Positions 62,331-64,000 of a stretch of DNA of 64,000 nt are shown here, piece by piece. Made by a program: the position numbers and the translations under genes. Under the pieces are notes generated by a model that saw nothing but the letters and a program-made list of their open reading frames with translations, was not told the DNA's origin and searched no databases. The DNA is from Azolla caroliniana (lineage: Eukaryota; Plantae; Polypodiophyta), in the NCBI GenBank assembly GCA_043228905.1, contig JBHGNT010000017.1, positions 4,030,001 through 4,094,000 of the forward strand. The letters are read 5' to 3'. How positions within the stretch are numbered: position 1 is the first letter of the stretch; every line of letters begins with the position of its first letter.

Positions 62331-64000
62331 CTATCCCCCCTTTAAAACGACGAGTGTCACGAGTCGTCTTGGATTGAGGACCCGGTTTGTGTGGATATTG
62401 ACGATGGAAGTCTTCAAGAAGAGCACGAGCATTGGTTACATTCTCGATCGGTTCCTAAGTACGTTCGCTGGGGCTATAGCCTAGCCAATCGACTAGATAA
62501 TAGAGCTTGTTGCGAACAATCTTGGAATCAAGGATGGCGGCAACCTCGTACTCCGGCCCATCTTCAAGCTCGATCGGGGGTGGAGGTTGGATAAGATGTC
62601 CTGGGATGGTGCTCTCGTGGTAGGGTTCGAGAAGAGAACTATGAAACACCGGATGTATCCGAAGTTGAGGAGGTAGATTGAGACGAAAAGCGACATCATT
62701 AATCTTTCCAATAATACGGAAAGGACCTAATCGCCGATAATCCAATTTCTCACATGGGCGAGTAGTCTTGATGTGTCGTCGTAGCAGCCACACCCGATCT
62801 CCAATATTAAAACTGGATGGAAGTCGATGACGATCCGCGTAGACCTTGTGTGTTTGTTGAGCTTGCTGGAGATGAGTAGATAAATCCGCTTGTATCTTGC
62901 GTAACCGCTCCAAATGATCCTCCGTGCACGGATTTGTGGACACCTCTGGGGTTTCAAGTACACTCCACCGGGGGTGACATCCCGTATAAGCATAAAATGG
63001 CGTAACTTTAGTGGATGCGTGGATAGAGTTGTTATAGGCAAATTCGGCGAAGTGGAGAATATCTGCCCAGTCGTCCTGATGATAGCTGAGAAAGCACCGC
63101 AGATACTGCTCCAGCGTTTGATTTGTTCGTTCAGCTTGGCCGTCGGTTTGTGGGTGGTAGCCGGAGGAGAGGTTACAAGTGACCTTGAGCATGTTAAAAA
63201 GGTGCTTCCAGAATTTTGACACGAACTGGGGTCCACGGTCGCTGATGATACTATCGGGAAGTCCATGATGCCGACATACTTCACGCATGACAATTTTGGC
63301 AGTGTCTTCACTGGAGATCTCCTTTAAAGTACATGGCAAGAAATGAGCCATCTTCGTATATCGATCGACCACCGTTAGAATCGCATTGAACCCCTTAGAG
63401 ACAGGAAGATCTGTGATGAAGTCTAGAGCAATGGATTGCCATGGCTTGCTTGGTATTGGTAATTGTTCTAATAAACCATATGGATGATGCCTTGGTATTT
63501 TCACTCTGCAACATGTATCACAAGTCCGAACAAAATCCTCGACAAATTGTCGCATACAGAGCCACCAGAATGATCGTTGTACTAAATGTAATGTTTTAGT
63601 ACTACCAAAATGCCCAACTGTATATGTGTCATGACAGTTTTGTACTACTCGAAGGCGGCAAGAACCATTAGGAACATACAAAAGTTCTTTAAAGAAGAGT
63701 AATCCATCATGGTATTTGAATTGCCGATACTCCGTACCTGGTGGTTGCGACTGTGAACACGACGCTCGAGAGGGATCAATTTGTGCTAGTATAGCTTGGG
63801 CGAACGCATCTATCTTCAAGTCTTCACGTATGGTATCAATAACGCAGGAATCCATAGGCATGTCAAAGATCTGTGTTGCTTGTAGTCGTGCCGGTCCCAA
63901 GATGACTTGTTTTTGGTTATCGAAAGCTGGCTCGCCGGGACGGGGTGCTAGATACGAACGCCGTGATAATGCATCTGCCTTCCCTTGGTGCCTCCCCGGA
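62323..64000 (-). pseudogene. Retrotransposon pol C-terminus (integrase-chromodomain) with a premature stop
   Basis: TAG at 62455-62457 sits at the conserved chromodomain Trp (T-W-EP). The frame continues EPIENVTNARALLEDFH... to a TGA at 62323-62325. Confidence 0.85.

Larger units (their letters stand above)
61847..64000 (-). mobile_element. Ty3/gypsy chromovirus LTR retrotransposon (Tcn1-like), 3' part: RNase H end, integrase, chromodomain, PPT, 3' LTR
   Basis: ADALSR; integrase HHCC (CHD...GHFG...CDTC) and DDE core (LDFITDLP, SDRGPQF, HPQTDGQAER); GPF motif; chromodomain EYEVAAILDSK...YLVDWLGY; polypurine tract aaaggggggatag next to the LTR. The clade label is inference. Confidence 0.95.

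Overview
Eukaryotic nuclear DNA from a land plant. A seed-free plant such as a fern or lycophyte is likely, inferred from the PLS-DYW PPR gene, the Tcn1-like chromovirus and the L1-type LINE. Eight protein-coding genes can be modelled, with GT-AG junctions that keep frame in the spliced ones: a PLS-E-DYW PPR protein (5' end cut by the window), a family-1 UDP-glycosyltransferase, a cytosolic alkaline/neutral invertase, a GET3d/ArsA-HSP20-like plastid protein, a VAL/HSI2-type B3 repressor, a small plastid-targeted single-TM protein missed by the ORF track, a RING-CH E3 ligase and a CDPK-related kinase. There are two copies of one hAT-type MITE family with 8-bp TSDs. The right end holds a frameshifted LINE interrupted by a chromodomain Ty3/gypsy element. 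The two most unusual signals are (1) a DYW deaminase domain with an in-frame 66-nt duplication giving two HSE motifs, a CxxC-to-CxxS change and a degenerate PG box, and (2) a tRNA-shaped Pol III A/B-box cassette, antisense at the U3 edge of the retrotransposon LTR. All coordinates were read by hand and no database searches were run.
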